NCBI GenBank assembly: GCA_938040095.1
Contig: CALHXF010000029.1
Span: forward strand, 2,646 to 66,645
Source of the DNA: an uncultured Caulobacterales bacterium
Lineage (GTDB): Bacteria > Pseudomonadota > Alphaproteobacteria > Caulobacterales > Maricaulaceae
DNA: 64,000 bases
Direction: 5' to 3'
The notes under the pieces were generated by a model. It was not told where the DNA came from. It did no database searches and saw only the letters and a program-made list of their open reading frames with translations. How positions within the stretch are numbered: the stretch's first letter is position 1; the number at the start of each line of letters is the position of its first letter. Below are positions 1 through 10,937 of this stretch, in pieces. Position numbers and translations under genes: made by a program.

Positions 1-2
1 CT

Positions 3-581
3 GCAAGTCTTCTCGGAACGGATGTTGCCCGCTCACCATCGTTGATAAATACGGGCGATGCGAAGGCCTATGTTACGCTGGATGTGACCTCAACCCCTAT
101 GACTGCGCCCGAAACCATATCCACTGGGTTCACCGTGACAAAAACCCTCTACACGACAAAGGGGACGGAAATAGGAACGAAGGGTTTGAAACGCGGAGAT
201 CGTGCTATTGTTTTAGTGACGGCTAAGTCAAAGTTCACCGCAGATAGTATGATCGTCCTCGCGGACCTTCTGCCGGCAGGTCTGGAAATTGAGACGCTTC
301 TGACGCCATCCGATGCAGGCAAAGAAGGGGCCTTTGGTTTCCTTGGGGAGCTGTCTGATTTCGACATGCAAGAAGCTCGCGATGATCGCTTCATAGCCTC
401 TGATCGCCGAACGCGTTATGATCGTGAAGGCAATACATTCAGGGCGGCCTATGTTGTCCGTGCGGTAACCGCTGGATCATTCGCTTTCCCAGGTGCAGTG
501 GTCGAGGACATGTACCGTCCGGCTCGCGTCGGAACATCGGATTATGGTCAGGTAGACATTACGGATAGCGGAGCTCTGTAA
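3..581 (+). CDS. Alpha-2-macroglobulin family protein, C-terminal part (truncated by window start)
   Basis: DLLPAGLEIE, E-x-RDDRF and YVVRAVTAGSFAFPGAVVEDMYRP are typical of the bacterial A2M C-terminus; directly upstream of pbpC, the usual partner. Confidence 0.9.
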   Translation, partial: ASLLGTDVARSPSLINTGDAKAYVTLDVTSTPMTAPETISTGFTVTKTLYTTKGTEIGTKGLKRGDRAIVLVTAKSKFTADSMIVLADLLPAGLEIETLLTPSDAGKEGAFGFLGELSDFDMQEARDDRFIASDRRTRYDREGNTFRAAYVVRAVTAGSFAFPGAVVEDMYRPARVGTSDYGQVDITDSGAL

Positions 582-583
582 TT

Positions 584-2632
584 GTGTTGATCTCAAAGTT
601 TCGACGTCGACTTGGATATCTAACGCTAGCTGCAACTGCCTCACTCGGCGTTTGGTTTGCACAAGTTCCGGTATCACAAGCGGATCTGACAGCAACGTCG
701 CCTGTCTTGACCGATCGGCATGGAGTATCGCTTAATGTACGGACAGTTGAAAATGGAACATGGCGAGTACAAGCTGATCTTGAGAACATTGACCCTGCAT
801 TCATTGAGGCTTTGATCGAAATTGAAGATCGACGTTTCTATAGCCATGCCGGCGTAGATGGCGCTGCGATACTGCGGGCCCTGCGGACATGGCAAGAAAG
901 CGGGATTGCGTCTTCGGGGGCTTCAACTCTGACAATGCAACTCGTGCGTCAATATAGGCCGAGACCCCGAACATTACGGTCCAAAGTCATTGAGAGTTTC
1001 GAAGCCCTTCGCTTTGAACTGCATTATTCCAAGCCCGAAATAACTGAACAATATTTGACCCGTGTCAGTTATGGCGGAAATATTGAAGGTATTGAAGCCG
1101 CGAGCCAAATCTATTTCGCGAAATCCCCACGCTATCTGTCGCCAGAGGAAATCGCTCTGCTTTTAGCTCTGCCACAAGCCCCTGAAGCCAGACGTCCTGA
1201 TCGCAATGCACAGGCTGCGAAACTTGGACGCGGACGTATTCTCAAACGTTTGGAAACGGCAGGGTTTATCTCGTCGCGTGAATTCGCGAATGCTGACGCC
1301 GCGCCTGTGCCATTGGAAAAGTCCAAACTGCCATCTCAAGCTTGGTTGACGGCGCGCAAATTGGCAAAATCGGGCGATAAAACCCACTCTTGGTTGGACC
1401 CAAGGTTACAGCTTCGGCTCGAAAACCAGCTCTCCCTGACGGTTGATCGTCTGCCTCATCCTGTCAATGCGTCGGCGATTATCGTCCATGCAGAGACTCG
1501 CGAAGTCCGCGCCCATGCCGCGATTGGACGGCGTGACCATGACGGCGGGTGGCTGGATATGACGGCTGCCATTCGGTCACCCGGATCGACGCTCAAGCCT
1601 TTCGTCTATGGTCTTGGCATGGATGACGGCTTGATAGGAACGCAAACAAAACTTCGTGATGCACCCAGCCGATTTGGGAGCTATCGCCCTGAGAACTTTG
1701 ATCGTCGATACTACGGTGACGTGACGATGGCGCAGGCGCTGCAACATAGTTTGAACATTCCTGCTGTCGGCGTTTTAGATCATGTAGGTGGCAGACGACT
1801 AGATGCTGCCTTGCGGGCGGCAGGGGCGTCGCCCACACATTCAGGACCAAGCGATGATGCCCAAGATGCGGGCCTCGCCTTAGCTCTCGGCGGGACGGGT
1901 TTGCGCGCGACTGATCTTGCAATGCTATATACTGCCATCGCAAATGACGGGATTGCCAATCCATTGAAATGGACACAAAACGAAACAGAGCTGTCTTCAG
2001 GTTTTGAACTTCTGCAAGCCGATACAGCGCAATCACTACGCAGCGTTATGTCGTCTGCCCCAAGACCTGCGGGGGTCATGCCAGCCCATCTTGGGAAAAA
2101 CGTGCCTGATGTCGCGTATAAAACGGGGACGTCTTACGGCTTCCGCGATAGCTGGGCAGCAGGAATAACTGGTGAATATGTGATCGTCGTCTGGATGGGT
2201 CGCCCTGATGGAGGACCCCGACCAGGCGTGACGGGGCGTGCCGCTGCCGCACCCCTCCTGTTTCAAATTGCGGATAGTCTGGCGCTTGACCAACCTGTTC
2301 AAACCACCAACCGCCCCGAACATATGGCTGAACGCTTGAAGTCTGCCGAAGAAATTGGGCCAGTGATATTGTTTCCTATGAATGAGACTGAAATTGCGAT
2401 GAACGCCTTTGGTGAAACGTCTGAGGGTATTGATCTTTTGGTCCAAGCTGAAGGCGAAGACATTCGTCTCTACGTAGGTGAGGCCCCGATCACCAAAGGT
2501 CGCAACGGATATCGATTCAAACCGACGGCTCCAGGGTTTTATGATTTAACCGTCATTGATGAAATTGGCCGTAAAACAAAAGGTAAGTTTCGCGTGGTCT
2601 CACTCAAGGATTTTCGCCACCCGGGCCTTTAA
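584..2632 (+). CDS. pbpC: Penicillin-binding protein 1C
   Basis: Transglycosylase motifs EDRRFYSHAG and GASTLTMQ; transpeptidase motifs STLK, SLN, KTG; follows A2M. Confidence 0.93.
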   Translation: MLISKFRRRLGYLTLAATASLGVWFAQVPVSQADLTATSPVLTDRHGVSLNVRTVENGTWRVQADLENIDPAFIEALIEIEDRRFYSHAGVDGAAILRALRTWQESGIASSGASTLTMQLVRQYRPRPRTLRSKVIESFEALRFELHYSKPEITEQYLTRVSYGGNIEGIEAASQIYFAKSPRYLSPEEIALLLALPQAPEARRPDRNAQAAKLGRGRILKRLETAGFISSREFANADAAPVPLEKSKLPSQAWLTARKLAKSGDKTHSWLDPRLQLRLENQLSLTVDRLPHPVNASAIIVHAETREVRAHAAIGRRDHDGGWLDMTAAIRSPGSTLKPFVYGLGMDDGLIGTQTKLRDAPSRFGSYRPENFDRRYYGDVTMAQALQHSLNIPAVGVLDHVGGRRLDAALRAAGASPTHSGPSDDAQDAGLALALGGTGLRATDLAMLYTAIANDGIANPLKWTQNETELSSGFELLQADTAQSLRSVMSSAPRPAGVMPAHLGKNVPDVAYKTGTSYGFRDSWAAGITGEYVIVVWMGRPDGGPRPGVTGRAAAAPLLFQIADSLALDQPVQTTNRPEHMAERLKSAEEIGPVILFPMNETEIAMNAFGETSEGIDLLVQAEGEDIRLYVGEAPITKGRNGYRFKPTAPGFYDLTVIDEIGRKTKGKFRVVSLKDFRHPGL

Positions 2633-3202
2633 GGTTTCAAGTTCCGCCGCGAACCAATCATGACGTTTGATCCAACCGTTATTTCGCCAGCTAGGATGCG
2701 GGAGTGGCACAATGGTTTGATCGAGCTCGCGCCAATGCCTAACTGTTTCCGTTAAGTTCCGATAACCGAGATGTCCCAAGTGCCATTTTACGGCATACAT
2801 ACCGACAAATAGCGTGAGTTCTACATCTGGGAGCGCGGCATCAAGTCTGTCCTGCCACAGCGGCGCACACTCTGGGCGCGGAGGCAGATCACCGCCTTTG
2901 CTGTCTTGCCCGGGAAAACAAAATCCCATCGGAGTGATGGCAAAATTCTCTGGATTGTAGAATGTCGCTTCGTCCACGCCTAACCAATCGCGCAATCGAA
3001 CACCAGATGGATCGGTAAATGGCAAAGAACTCGCATGAGCCAATGTACCTGGCGCTTGTCCTATAATTCTAATCTTGGAATGGGTTGTCGCTTGCAGGAT
3101 TGGGTTCGGAGTTACGGGGAGAGGTGGGTTGCTTTTGGTGCAGGCCGAGCAGTTGCGTATATCGGATAAAAGTGGCTGGATTCGGCAAATTTTGTTGGTC
3201 AT
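2600..3202 (-). CDS. Uracil-DNA glycosylase family protein
   Basis: [26 protein letters not shown] and LPHPSWRN motifs. Confidence 0.88.
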   Translation of the reverse strand: MTNKICRIQPLLSDIRNCSACTKSNPPLPVTPNPILQATTHSKIRIIGQAPGTLAHASSLPFTDPSGVRLRDWLGVDEATFYNPENFAITPMGFCFPGQDSKGGDLPPRPECAPLWQDRLDAALPDVELTLFVGMYAVKWHLGHLGYRNLTETVRHWRELDQTIVPLPHPSWRNNGWIKRHDWFAAELETLKARVAKILE

Positions 3203-3301
3203 GACATCGTCTTCGGGCTTTCAATGCGCGTTCAGGATTTTATAGCGAATGACGTTCCCCATTCGAACGTGCAAGGCGTATCAAGACGCACGGAGAAGAT
3301 C

Positions 3302-4495
3302 ATGTCCAATGAATTTTATAGTGAGATAAGCGATACGCTTGAAGAAATACGGAATGAGGGCCTGTATAAAACAGAACGCCTGATTTCTGGTGAGCAAGAT
3401 GCGATGATCGACGTTGACGGTCAAAGCGTTTTGAATTTTTGCGCCAATAACTATCTTGGTTTGGCCGATAGTCCTGAATTGGTTTCTGCGGCTAAAACGG
3501 CCTTAGATAAATATGGTTTCGGAATGGCGTCTGTCCGTTTCATTTGCGGGACACAAGGCCAGCATCGTGATCTGGAAATGGCCTTGGCCGATTGGTTGGG
3601 GTTCGAAGATAGTATTCTTTATGCGGCGTGTTTTGACGCCAATGGCGGGGTGTTTGAACCGTTGCTTGGGGCTGAAGACGCCATAATTTCAGACTCCTTA
3701 AACCACGCGTCAATTATCGACGGTATCCGTCTCTGTAAGGCGAAACGCTTCCGCTACGCCAATAATGATATGGTCGATCTGGAGGCAAAGCTGAAAGAGG
3801 CGAAGGCCGCAGGAGCCCGACGCATAATGATTGCAACGGATGGTGTGTTCTCAATGGATGGCACGATCGCGAATTTGGCAGGTATTTGCGATCTCAAGGA
3901 TAAATACGACGCCTTGCTCATGGTGGATGATTGCCACGCGACAGGTTTTGTCGGGGCAGGTGGTCGTGGTTCACCTGAACATTGCGGGGTCGAAGGTCGT
4001 GTCGATATTCTCACGGGAACATTGGGCAAAGCCCTTGGCGGGGCTATGGGCGGGTTCACCTGCGCGCGTAAACCCGTCGTGGATTTACTGCGTCAACGCT
4101 CGCGCCCTTATCTGTTTTCCAACAGTTTAGCCCCGCCAATTGTCGGCGCGAGTTTGAAAGCGATTGAGCTTGCTAAAGCTGGCGATCATCTACGGCAAAA
4201 AATTCGCGCCAATGCACAGCAATTTAGAAGTGGAATGGAATCCGCTGGGTTTACGTTAAAACCTGGTGAACATTCCATCATACCCGTGATGTTAGGCGAT
4301 GCAAAACTGGCGCAAGATATGGCGACAAAGCTGATGGATGAGGGCATTTATGTTATCGGATTCTTCTTTCCTGTTGTCCCTAAAGGTCAAGCCCGCATCC
4401 GCACACAGATGAGCGCGGCGCATACCTCGGATCATATTGAAAAAGCTATCGCGGCCTTCACTAAAGTCGGACGCGAGCTTGGAGTTGTTTCATGA
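3302..4495 (+). CDS. kbl: Glycine C-acetyltransferase (2-amino-3-ketobutyrate CoA ligase)
   Basis: [30 protein letters not shown] (PLP Lys), [11 protein letters not shown]; ATG 3302 preceded by GGAG. Confidence 0.96.
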   Translation: MSNEFYSEISDTLEEIRNEGLYKTERLISGEQDAMIDVDGQSVLNFCANNYLGLADSPELVSAAKTALDKYGFGMASVRFICGTQGQHRDLEMALADWLGFEDSILYAACFDANGGVFEPLLGAEDAIISDSLNHASIIDGIRLCKAKRFRYANNDMVDLEAKLKEAKAAGARRIMIATDGVFSMDGTIANLAGICDLKDKYDALLMVDDCHATGFVGAGGRGSPEHCGVEGRVDILTGTLGKALGGAMGGFTCARKPVVDLLRQRSRPYLFSNSLAPPIVGASLKAIELAKAGDHLRQKIRANAQQFRSGMESAGFTLKPGEHSIIPVMLGDAKLAQDMATKLMDEGIYVIGFFFPVVPKGQARIRTQMSAAHTSDHIEKAIAAFTKVGRELGVVS

Positions 4496-5538
4496 CAAAG
4501 ATGATGAAAGCCCTTGTTAAGGCCAAAGCTGAAAAAGGTCTTTGGATGCAAGACGTCCCTGTTCCAACGATTGCACCCGACGAGGTTCTCATCCGCATCG
4601 AACGAACTGCGATTTGTGGAACGGATATGCATATTTATGCTTGGGATGCCTGGGCGCAAAATGCTGTACCTGTGCCGATGGTGGTTGGACATGAGTATGG
4701 CGGTACTGTCGCTGCCATCGGCTCCACTGTTAAGCGCGTCAGTGTTGGCGACCGAGTCACGGGGGAAGGTCACGTCGTTGGGCGGCGTTCGCGTAATGCA
4801 AGGGCAGGAAAGTTCCATCTTGACCCCGACACAAAAGGGATTGGCGTAAACCTCCCAGGGGCTTTTGCTGAATATCTGGCGCTACCAGAATTTAACGTCA
4901 TTCCACTTCCAGAGGCCCTCTCTTTGGATATTGCGGCCATCATGGATCCCCTCGGGAATGCGGTTCACACCGCGCTAGCCTTTGATTTGGTCGGTGAAGA
5001 TGTGTTGATAACGGGTGCTGGTCCGATTGGTATTATGGCCGCCGCGGTTGCTGAACGGGCTGGGGCACGTCGTGTTGTTCTGACCGACATCGAAGAGTGG
5101 CGATTGGAGTTCGCCAAGAAATTGACGTCTCGAACACGGACGGTCAACACGATGCAAGAGTCACTGAAAGATGTGATGTCAGAACTGGGCATGGCAGAAG
5201 GCTTTGACGTTGGCCTCGAAATGAGTGGCGCAAAGCCCGCTTTTGAACAAATGCTCGATACGATGTTAATGGGTGGCAATATCGCAATGCTAGGCATTCC
5301 CGCTGTACCATATCCAGTCGATCTGTCCAAAATTGTTGGGAAAGCTCTGACTGTCAAAGGTATTTATGGACGTCAAATGTATGAGACATGGTATAAAATG
5401 CTAGCGTTGCTCGACAGTGGCTTAGATATGTCCGAAATGATCACGCATCGTTTTGCCGCGCGCGATTGGCAAAAGGCCTTTGATTTGATGGAAACTCGTA
5501 AGGCTGGGAAGGTCATCCTCGATTGGACGCAATTATGA
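4492..5538 (+). CDS. tdh: L-threonine 3-dehydrogenase
   Basis: [30 protein letters not shown]; ATGA overlap with kbl. Confidence 0.95.
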   Translation: MTKMMKALVKAKAEKGLWMQDVPVPTIAPDEVLIRIERTAICGTDMHIYAWDAWAQNAVPVPMVVGHEYGGTVAAIGSTVKRVSVGDRVTGEGHVVGRRSRNARAGKFHLDPDTKGIGVNLPGAFAEYLALPEFNVIPLPEALSLDIAAIMDPLGNAVHTALAFDLVGEDVLITGAGPIGIMAAAVAERAGARRVVLTDIEEWRLEFAKKLTSRTRTVNTMQESLKDVMSELGMAEGFDVGLEMSGAKPAFEQMLDTMLMGGNIAMLGIPAVPYPVDLSKIVGKALTVKGIYGRQMYETWYKMLALLDSGLDMSEMITHRFAARDWQKAFDLMETRKAGKVILDWTQL

Positions 5539-6197
5539 GTGAACCGCATGTTCCACTTACAGGTTACTCAGCCGTCTCGGATCAGGATATGTTTCGTCGT
5601 GCCGATGATGTTTTGTCGACACTCCTGACACGTAGAACAATCAGGGATTTTTCGGATCAGGCTGTCCCGCAAAATATCATAGAAACCGCGATCAAAGCTG
5701 CCGCAACGGCACCAAATGGTGCGAACCAACAGCCTTGGCATTTCGCCGCGATTTCCAATCCTGATATGAAACGCCGTATTCGCGAGGCTGCCGAGGAAGA
5801 AGAGCGGGCGTTCTATGGCGGGCGCGCGTCGGACGAATGGTTAGATGCGCTTGCGCCGCTTGGGACCGATGCGTCAAAACCCTTTCTTGAGACGGCCCCT
5901 TGGTTGATCGCGATTTTTGCGGAGAAAAAAGGCCCGAATGGCGAGAAGCATTACTATGTTACGGAAAGCGTTGGGATCGCCATCGGTATGTTGATTACGA
6001 CCCTTCATTCTGCGGGTCTTGCGACCCTAACCCACACGCCAGCGCCCATGAATTTCCTGCGAGAGATATGTGGGCGTCCAACGAATGAAAAGCCGCTCGT
6101 TCTGTTGGTTGTTGGGCATCCCGCAGAAGGTGCCACGGTTCCATCACACGCATTGGAGAAAAAAGCATTTGATGAGATTGCAAAAGTTTGGACTTGA
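5535..6197 (+). CDS. Nitroreductase superfamily flavoprotein, iodotyrosine deiodinase (IYD)-like
   Basis: [18 protein letters not shown], lid [34 protein letters not shown]; ATGA overlap with tdh. Confidence 0.85.
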   Translation: MSEPHVPLTGYSAVSDQDMFRRADDVLSTLLTRRTIRDFSDQAVPQNIIETAIKAAATAPNGANQQPWHFAAISNPDMKRRIREAAEEEERAFYGGRASDEWLDALAPLGTDASKPFLETAPWLIAIFAEKKGPNGEKHYYVTESVGIAIGMLITTLHSAGLATLTHTPAPMNFLREICGRPTNEKPLVLLVVGHPAEGATVPSHALEKKAFDEIAKVWT

Positions 6198-6289
6198 TCC
6201 GACCTACATGTGACTGAATAGCAATTATAGCGTATCCAGGGTTGCCAGTTTAGATGTCCAAGCGCATAGCGCCGCGGAAGGAGATCGCT

Positions 6290-7534
6290 GTGAGCGTCAA
6301 GAAAACACCCCAAACGACCAGTTCAAACATGCCAATTCCTCGATGGGAATTTATCAGCATGATGGCGGCTATTTTTGGCCTTCAGGCGATGGGCATTGAC
6401 ATCATGCTACCTGCACTTGAGATCATTGGCGAGCATTACACTATCCAGAATGAAAATGACCAACAACTCGTAATTTTTGCTTTTATTCTGGGATTTGGAT
6501 TTCCGCAACTTGTCTTCGGTCCGATTTCCGATCGTTTTGGCCGAAAGGTTCTACTTCAACTGAGTTTGGTGGGCTATTTTATAACGGGTTTTGCCTGTAT
6601 GATTGCGCCTAGTTTCGGAAGTCTTTTGGCGCTTCGGGTGCTCCAAGGCATATGTTGTGCGGGGACACGCGTTTCCGCAGGAGCAATCATTCGAGACCTC
6701 TCAAAAGGTCGTTCTATGGCCAGTATTCTTTCACTCGTTTACACGGTTTTCATGATCATTCCGATCATAGCACCGGCTCTCGGAACGGCCATCATGGCTG
6801 TCGCAGATTGGCGTTGGGTGTTTGGGATATTGGGCGTTTTCTCTGGTCTCGTATTCACTTGGACACAATTTCGACTGCCTATGACTTTAGCTGTTGAGGA
6901 TCGACGTCCATTTGAAATGAAGCAGATTGCGAACGGATTTAAGCAAGTTCTGACTCATCGCATTACGATCGGGTATATGTTGGCCAGTGGTCTGATTTTT
7001 GGATGTCTCTTCGCCTTTATTGGCGCGAGCGAACAGGTCTTTGATGAAGTCTTTGGTCGAGGTGAAAAATTCTATCTCTATTTTGCAGGTATCGCAGGAC
7101 TGCTCGCGGTGATGAATTTCTCTAACAGTCTTTTTGTCGGGCGTTTCGGCATGAGACGGATCAGTCACGTCGTCGTTATAACTTTCATCCTCTTATCCAT
7201 TATAAACCTTGCTTACATGCAATTCGTCGGTCAGAATTTCTGGGTGTTTTACATTTTGTTTGTTCTGACATTCGGGTGCTTTGGAATGATGGGCGCGAAT
7301 TTCTCGAGCCTAGCTTTGGAATATATGGGAAATATCGCGGGTACAGCGAATGCGGTTTATGGCTTTGTGACCATGACCCTTTCTAGCTTCTTAGGGTTTC
7401 TCGTCGCGCGCAGCTTTGACGGGACCGTTCGACCGCTTCTGGTAGCTTACGTCTTATTGGGTGTGTCAAGTTTGATCGTTATTTTGATAACGGAAAAGGG
7501 GAAGTTATTTAGCGTGGGCGAGGGTAAGGAATAG
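6290..7534 (+). CDS. MFS efflux transporter, Bcr/CflA (DHA1) family
   Basis: About 12 hydrophobic segments, IDIMLPAL, motif A GPISDRFGRK; GTG 6290 chosen because it follows AAGGAG (ORF is open from 6254). Confidence 0.88.
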   Translation: MSVKKTPQTTSSNMPIPRWEFISMMAAIFGLQAMGIDIMLPALEIIGEHYTIQNENDQQLVIFAFILGFGFPQLVFGPISDRFGRKVLLQLSLVGYFITGFACMIAPSFGSLLALRVLQGICCAGTRVSAGAIIRDLSKGRSMASILSLVYTVFMIIPIIAPALGTAIMAVADWRWVFGILGVFSGLVFTWTQFRLPMTLAVEDRRPFEMKQIANGFKQVLTHRITIGYMLASGLIFGCLFAFIGASEQVFDEVFGRGEKFYLYFAGIAGLLAVMNFSNSLFVGRFGMRRISHVVVITFILLSIINLAYMQFVGQNFWVFYILFVLTFGCFGMMGANFSSLALEYMGNIAGTANAVYGFVTMTLSSFLGFLVARSFDGTVRPLLVAYVLLGVSSLIVILITEKGKLFSVGEGKE

Positions 7535-7558
7535 TCTCGTTCAGTTTAGAACGCAAAA

Positions 7559-8296
7559 CTAGCGTATGTCCGCAATCACGGATTCGATTTCTGCAACAAT
7601 GTCTTTGTCCAACAAATTGACGTAACCCTTTCGATCAGGTCTCCCAGTTTTGGGTGATTTGAACATCCATAGTTGACCGACATTGGTCCCTACGAGTCGA
7701 TGCTCGCCGTCTACAATGCGTGTAACTGGCGATCCCGATTGCCCTGGAACACCCCGGCAATCATGCGCGACTTTTTGATCTGTTTCACTGAAACGTAGAA
7801 GCGTGAGATTGCACCTTTGACTATTCTCAGACAACCCCAGTGCCTTAGCAAATCTGACCTCTACACCCTCTAAATTTTCAAGATCAGCAAGAGGTTCAAG
7901 GCGATATCTGGTGAGGTTCGGGTTCTTGATCCTCGGGAAGCGTATCACCGCCCAATCTGTTTTCTCTCCAGCTTCGAAATTTTCCGCAAAACGAATGATA
8001 TCAATACGTTCGCTTGCGCCGTTGAAGTCTTGCGCGTCGCAGGGACGGTCCGCTGGGACGCCGTGGCCAGCCGCCAGTGCAAAATCATATTTTGAGTGAG
8101 GAATATCTAAAACCGCGATGCGAGATTGTAGGGATATATCAGTTTCTAGCGCACAACGCAGACGCAACATGTGCGTCTGTTGAATTGGGTTGGATATCTT
8201 AGTTTGACATGCCGTCGCCGTAGCGACGGCGACGCAAATCCCGAAGCTAAGATGTAGCTTCGAGGTCAAAGTCTTTATATTGAATTTTGAGTTCAC
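7559..8296 (-). CDS. Trypsin-like serine peptidase, possible lipoprotein
   Basis: Triad-like motifs AAGH, TDWAV, GQSGSP; hydrophobic N-terminus ending ATAC; start uncertain (50-bp overlap with upstream gene). Confidence 0.7.
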   Translation of the reverse strand: MNSKFNIKTLTSKLHLSFGICVAVATATACQTKISNPIQQTHMLRLRCALETDISLQSRIAVLDIPHSKYDFALAAGHGVPADRPCDAQDFNGASERIDIIRFAENFEAGEKTDWAVIRFPRIKNPNLTRYRLEPLADLENLEGVEVRFAKALGLSENSQRCNLTLLRFSETDQKVAHDCRGVPGQSGSPVTRIVDGEHRLVGTNVGQLWMFKSPKTGRPDRKGYVNLLDKDIVAEIESVIADIR

Positions 8297-9875
8297 GTTT
8301 TAGGATTTTTCCTGTTGCGCCAAGAGGTAGCGATTCAACAAAGACAATCGCATCAGGCATCCACCATTTGGCGCATTTCGCTTCGATGCAGGACTTTATC
8401 TCTTCAATGTTTGGCTCTTTGCCCGGTACAGACTGCACGATTAGCATTGGGCGTTCTTGCCATTTTTCATGACGCACACCGATACAGGCAGCCATTTCAA
8501 CGTCAGGATGATCACAGGCTGCATTTTCAACTTCAATCGAGCTGACCCATTCGCCGCCAGACTTGATGACGTCTTTTGAGCGATCAGTGATTTCCATGTA
8601 ACCGCGCGGATGAATCGCGGCGACATCGCCAGTGGCGAACCAGCCATCATCCGTGAAACTATCAGTGCCGACACCTTTGAAATATCCAGAGGCAATCCAA
8701 GGCCCACGGACATGTAAATGACCTGTGGCCTCGCCGTCTTGCGGTAAGATTTCGCCTTCGTCAGAGACGATGCGCATGTCGACACCAAAAATTCGACGGC
8801 CCGCATAAAGCTTGTCTTTAACGGTAGAGTCATAGTCAGACAAATCATCACCTGGATACGGTGAGTATGTCGTCCCAAGGGGGGAGGTTTCAGTCATGCC
8901 CCAACCTTGCTGCATCGGAATATCAAGCTCTAATTCAAAGGCACGGAGTAAACTCTCAGGCAGGGCAGAACCGCCAACGAGGGCTTTCTTTACAGTTGGC
9001 AAGCTTAGGCCATTTGATTTGACGTGATTATAGATAGCCAACCAAACAGTTGGGACGCCAGCCATCAAGGTCACTTCTTCTTGGATGATCATTTTGGTTA
9101 GGTTTGGTCCATCAAGGCCCGGTCCTGGCATAACCAATTTTGCGCCAACCATAGCGGCTGAATAGATCAAGCCCCAAGCGGAGACATGGAACATCGGTAC
9201 GACGGCCAAGATGGTGTCATTTGATCCGCCACCGATAACGTCTTGGAAACTACCTGCCATTGCATGGAGGATGGTTGAGCGATGCGAGTAAAGAACACCT
9301 TTTGGATCACCCGTCGTTCCAGAAGTGTAGCACAGTGTACAAGCTGTGTTCTCATCGAACCGTTCCCAGACGATTTGGTCGGAATGATCAGAAATGAAAC
9401 TCTCATAGTCTTCAACGTCTGTTTTATAATCTGGCTTGCCAGCTGCATCTGTCAGGCAAATCCATTTTTTAACGGTTGGACACATCGCACCCACACCTTC
9501 GATGATTGGACCGAATGTTGTGTCGAACATGACGAATTTATCTTCAGCATGATTGACCATCCATGCGATTTGCTCGGGCTTCAAACGCGGGTTGATCGTA
9601 TGAACGACCGCGCCAATTGAGCTGACAGCATAGTAAATTTCGATATGACGGTAATTATTCCAAGCTATTGTCGCAACGCGGTCACCTTTCTTCACACCCG
9701 CAGCAATTAAGGCATTCGCCAGTTTTCGGGTCCGTACTGCGCAGTCAGCCCACGTATAACGGTGCTCTTTCATGTCAGTTGTAAGCGTATAAATTTCGCG
9801 ATCCTTATGGACCGTCGAAGCGTGCTCGATCAGATCACTGATCATGAGCTCGTGTTTCATCATGAGGCCTAACAT
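8247..9875 (-). CDS. Medium/long-chain acyl-CoA ligase (AlkK/DmdB-like)
   Basis: YTSGTTGDPKG, WGMTE, TGD, DRSKDVIKSGGEW adenylation motifs; MLGLM N-terminus. Confidence 0.9.
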   Translation of the reverse strand: MLGLMMKHELMISDLIEHASTVHKDREIYTLTTDMKEHRYTWADCAVRTRKLANALIAAGVKKGDRVATIAWNNYRHIEIYYAVSSIGAVVHTINPRLKPEQIAWMVNHAEDKFVMFDTTFGPIIEGVGAMCPTVKKWICLTDAAGKPDYKTDVEDYESFISDHSDQIVWERFDENTACTLCYTSGTTGDPKGVLYSHRSTILHAMAGSFQDVIGGGSNDTILAVVPMFHVSAWGLIYSAAMVGAKLVMPGPGLDGPNLTKMIIQEEVTLMAGVPTVWLAIYNHVKSNGLSLPTVKKALVGGSALPESLLRAFELELDIPMQQGWGMTETSPLGTTYSPYPGDDLSDYDSTVKDKLYAGRRIFGVDMRIVSDEGEILPQDGEATGHLHVRGPWIASGYFKGVGTDSFTDDGWFATGDVAAIHPRGYMEITDRSKDVIKSGGEWVSSIEVENAACDHPDVEMAACIGVRHEKWQERPMLIVQSVPGKEPNIEEIKSCIEAKCAKWWMPDAIVFVESLPLGATGKILKRELKIQYKDFDLEATS

Positions 9876-9956
9876 GGCATCTCCCCGGGTTTAGATTTAC
9901 TCTTGTTGCGGAGAGTATTTTCATTATTCCCCGACAGGGTCAACAAAGGAGCGACT

Positions 9957-10937
9957 ATGACTGTGAAAATGACAGCCCCACCAACGTTCCAAGATGTCTC
10001 CGCTGCGGTTGCCAGATTGGACGGCCATGCCCTCAAAACCCCACTTTTACGCTCTGACGCACTCGATAAATTAGTAGGCAAGACGCTATGGTTCAAAGCT
10101 GAATGCCTACAAAAGAAAAATGCATTCAAATATCGGGGCGCTTTTAACCGTCTATCGGCCATGACCGCTGCTGAGCGCGCCAAAGGCGTTGTCGCTTATT
10201 CGTCAGGGAATCACGCTCAAGGCGTCTCTTGCGCCGCCAAAGAACTTGGGATTGATGCTATCATCGTGATGCCGACTGACGCGCCCGAGGTGAAGGTGGC
10301 GGGAGTGCTGGCAGATGGCGCAACGATTGTTTCCTATGACCGCCTAAGGGAAAACCGTGAGGACATTGCAGCTGAGATTGCTCGGCGTGACGGACGTATC
10401 ATCGTCCCGAGCTATGACGATGCGTATGTGATTGCAGGACAGGGCACGATTGGTGTGGAACTGGCGGAAGCTGAACCAGACTTCGACGCGATGATTACCT
10501 GTTTGGGTGGTGGCGGCATGTGCGCGGGTATATCCCTCGCTATGAATGAGTTGTCACCGAATACACGCATATTCGGCGCAGAGCCGACCGCCTATAATGA
10601 TCATCAACAAAGTTTGCGCACAGGACAGCGCGTTAGCTTGACGGATACCCCACCCACGCTTTGTGATGCCATCATGACACCTATGCCGGGCGAAATAACA
10701 TGGGCAATCAATGGACATTCTTTGAATGATGTCTACACTGTAACTGATGCCGAATGCTTGAAAGCTATGCGTTTGGCACATGAACATCTGGGTGTCATTT
10801 TAGAGCCTGGTGGTGCCGCTGCCATTGCTGCGACTTTGGGCGGTAATTTTCCTGACGATGTGAAAACAATTGCTGTGATATTATCGGGCGGGAATGTAGA
10901 TTCAAAAGTCTGGGAGCGGGCGATAAATGAAACTTGA
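9957..10937 (+). CDS. PLP-dependent threonine/serine dehydratase (serine racemase-like, no regulatory domain)
   Basis: KAECLQ..AFKYRGA, SSGNHAQG, GGGG, SGGN; ATG 9957 after AAGGAG. Confidence 0.9.
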   Translation: MTVKMTAPPTFQDVSAAVARLDGHALKTPLLRSDALDKLVGKTLWFKAECLQKKNAFKYRGAFNRLSAMTAAERAKGVVAYSSGNHAQGVSCAAKELGIDAIIVMPTDAPEVKVAGVLADGATIVSYDRLRENREDIAAEIARRDGRIIVPSYDDAYVIAGQGTIGVELAEAEPDFDAMITCLGGGGMCAGISLAMNELSPNTRIFGAEPTAYNDHQQSLRTGQRVSLTDTPPTLCDAIMTPMPGEITWAINGHSLNDVYTVTDAECLKAMRLAHEHLGVILEPGGAAAIAATLGGNFPDDVKTIAVILSGGNVDSKVWERAINET

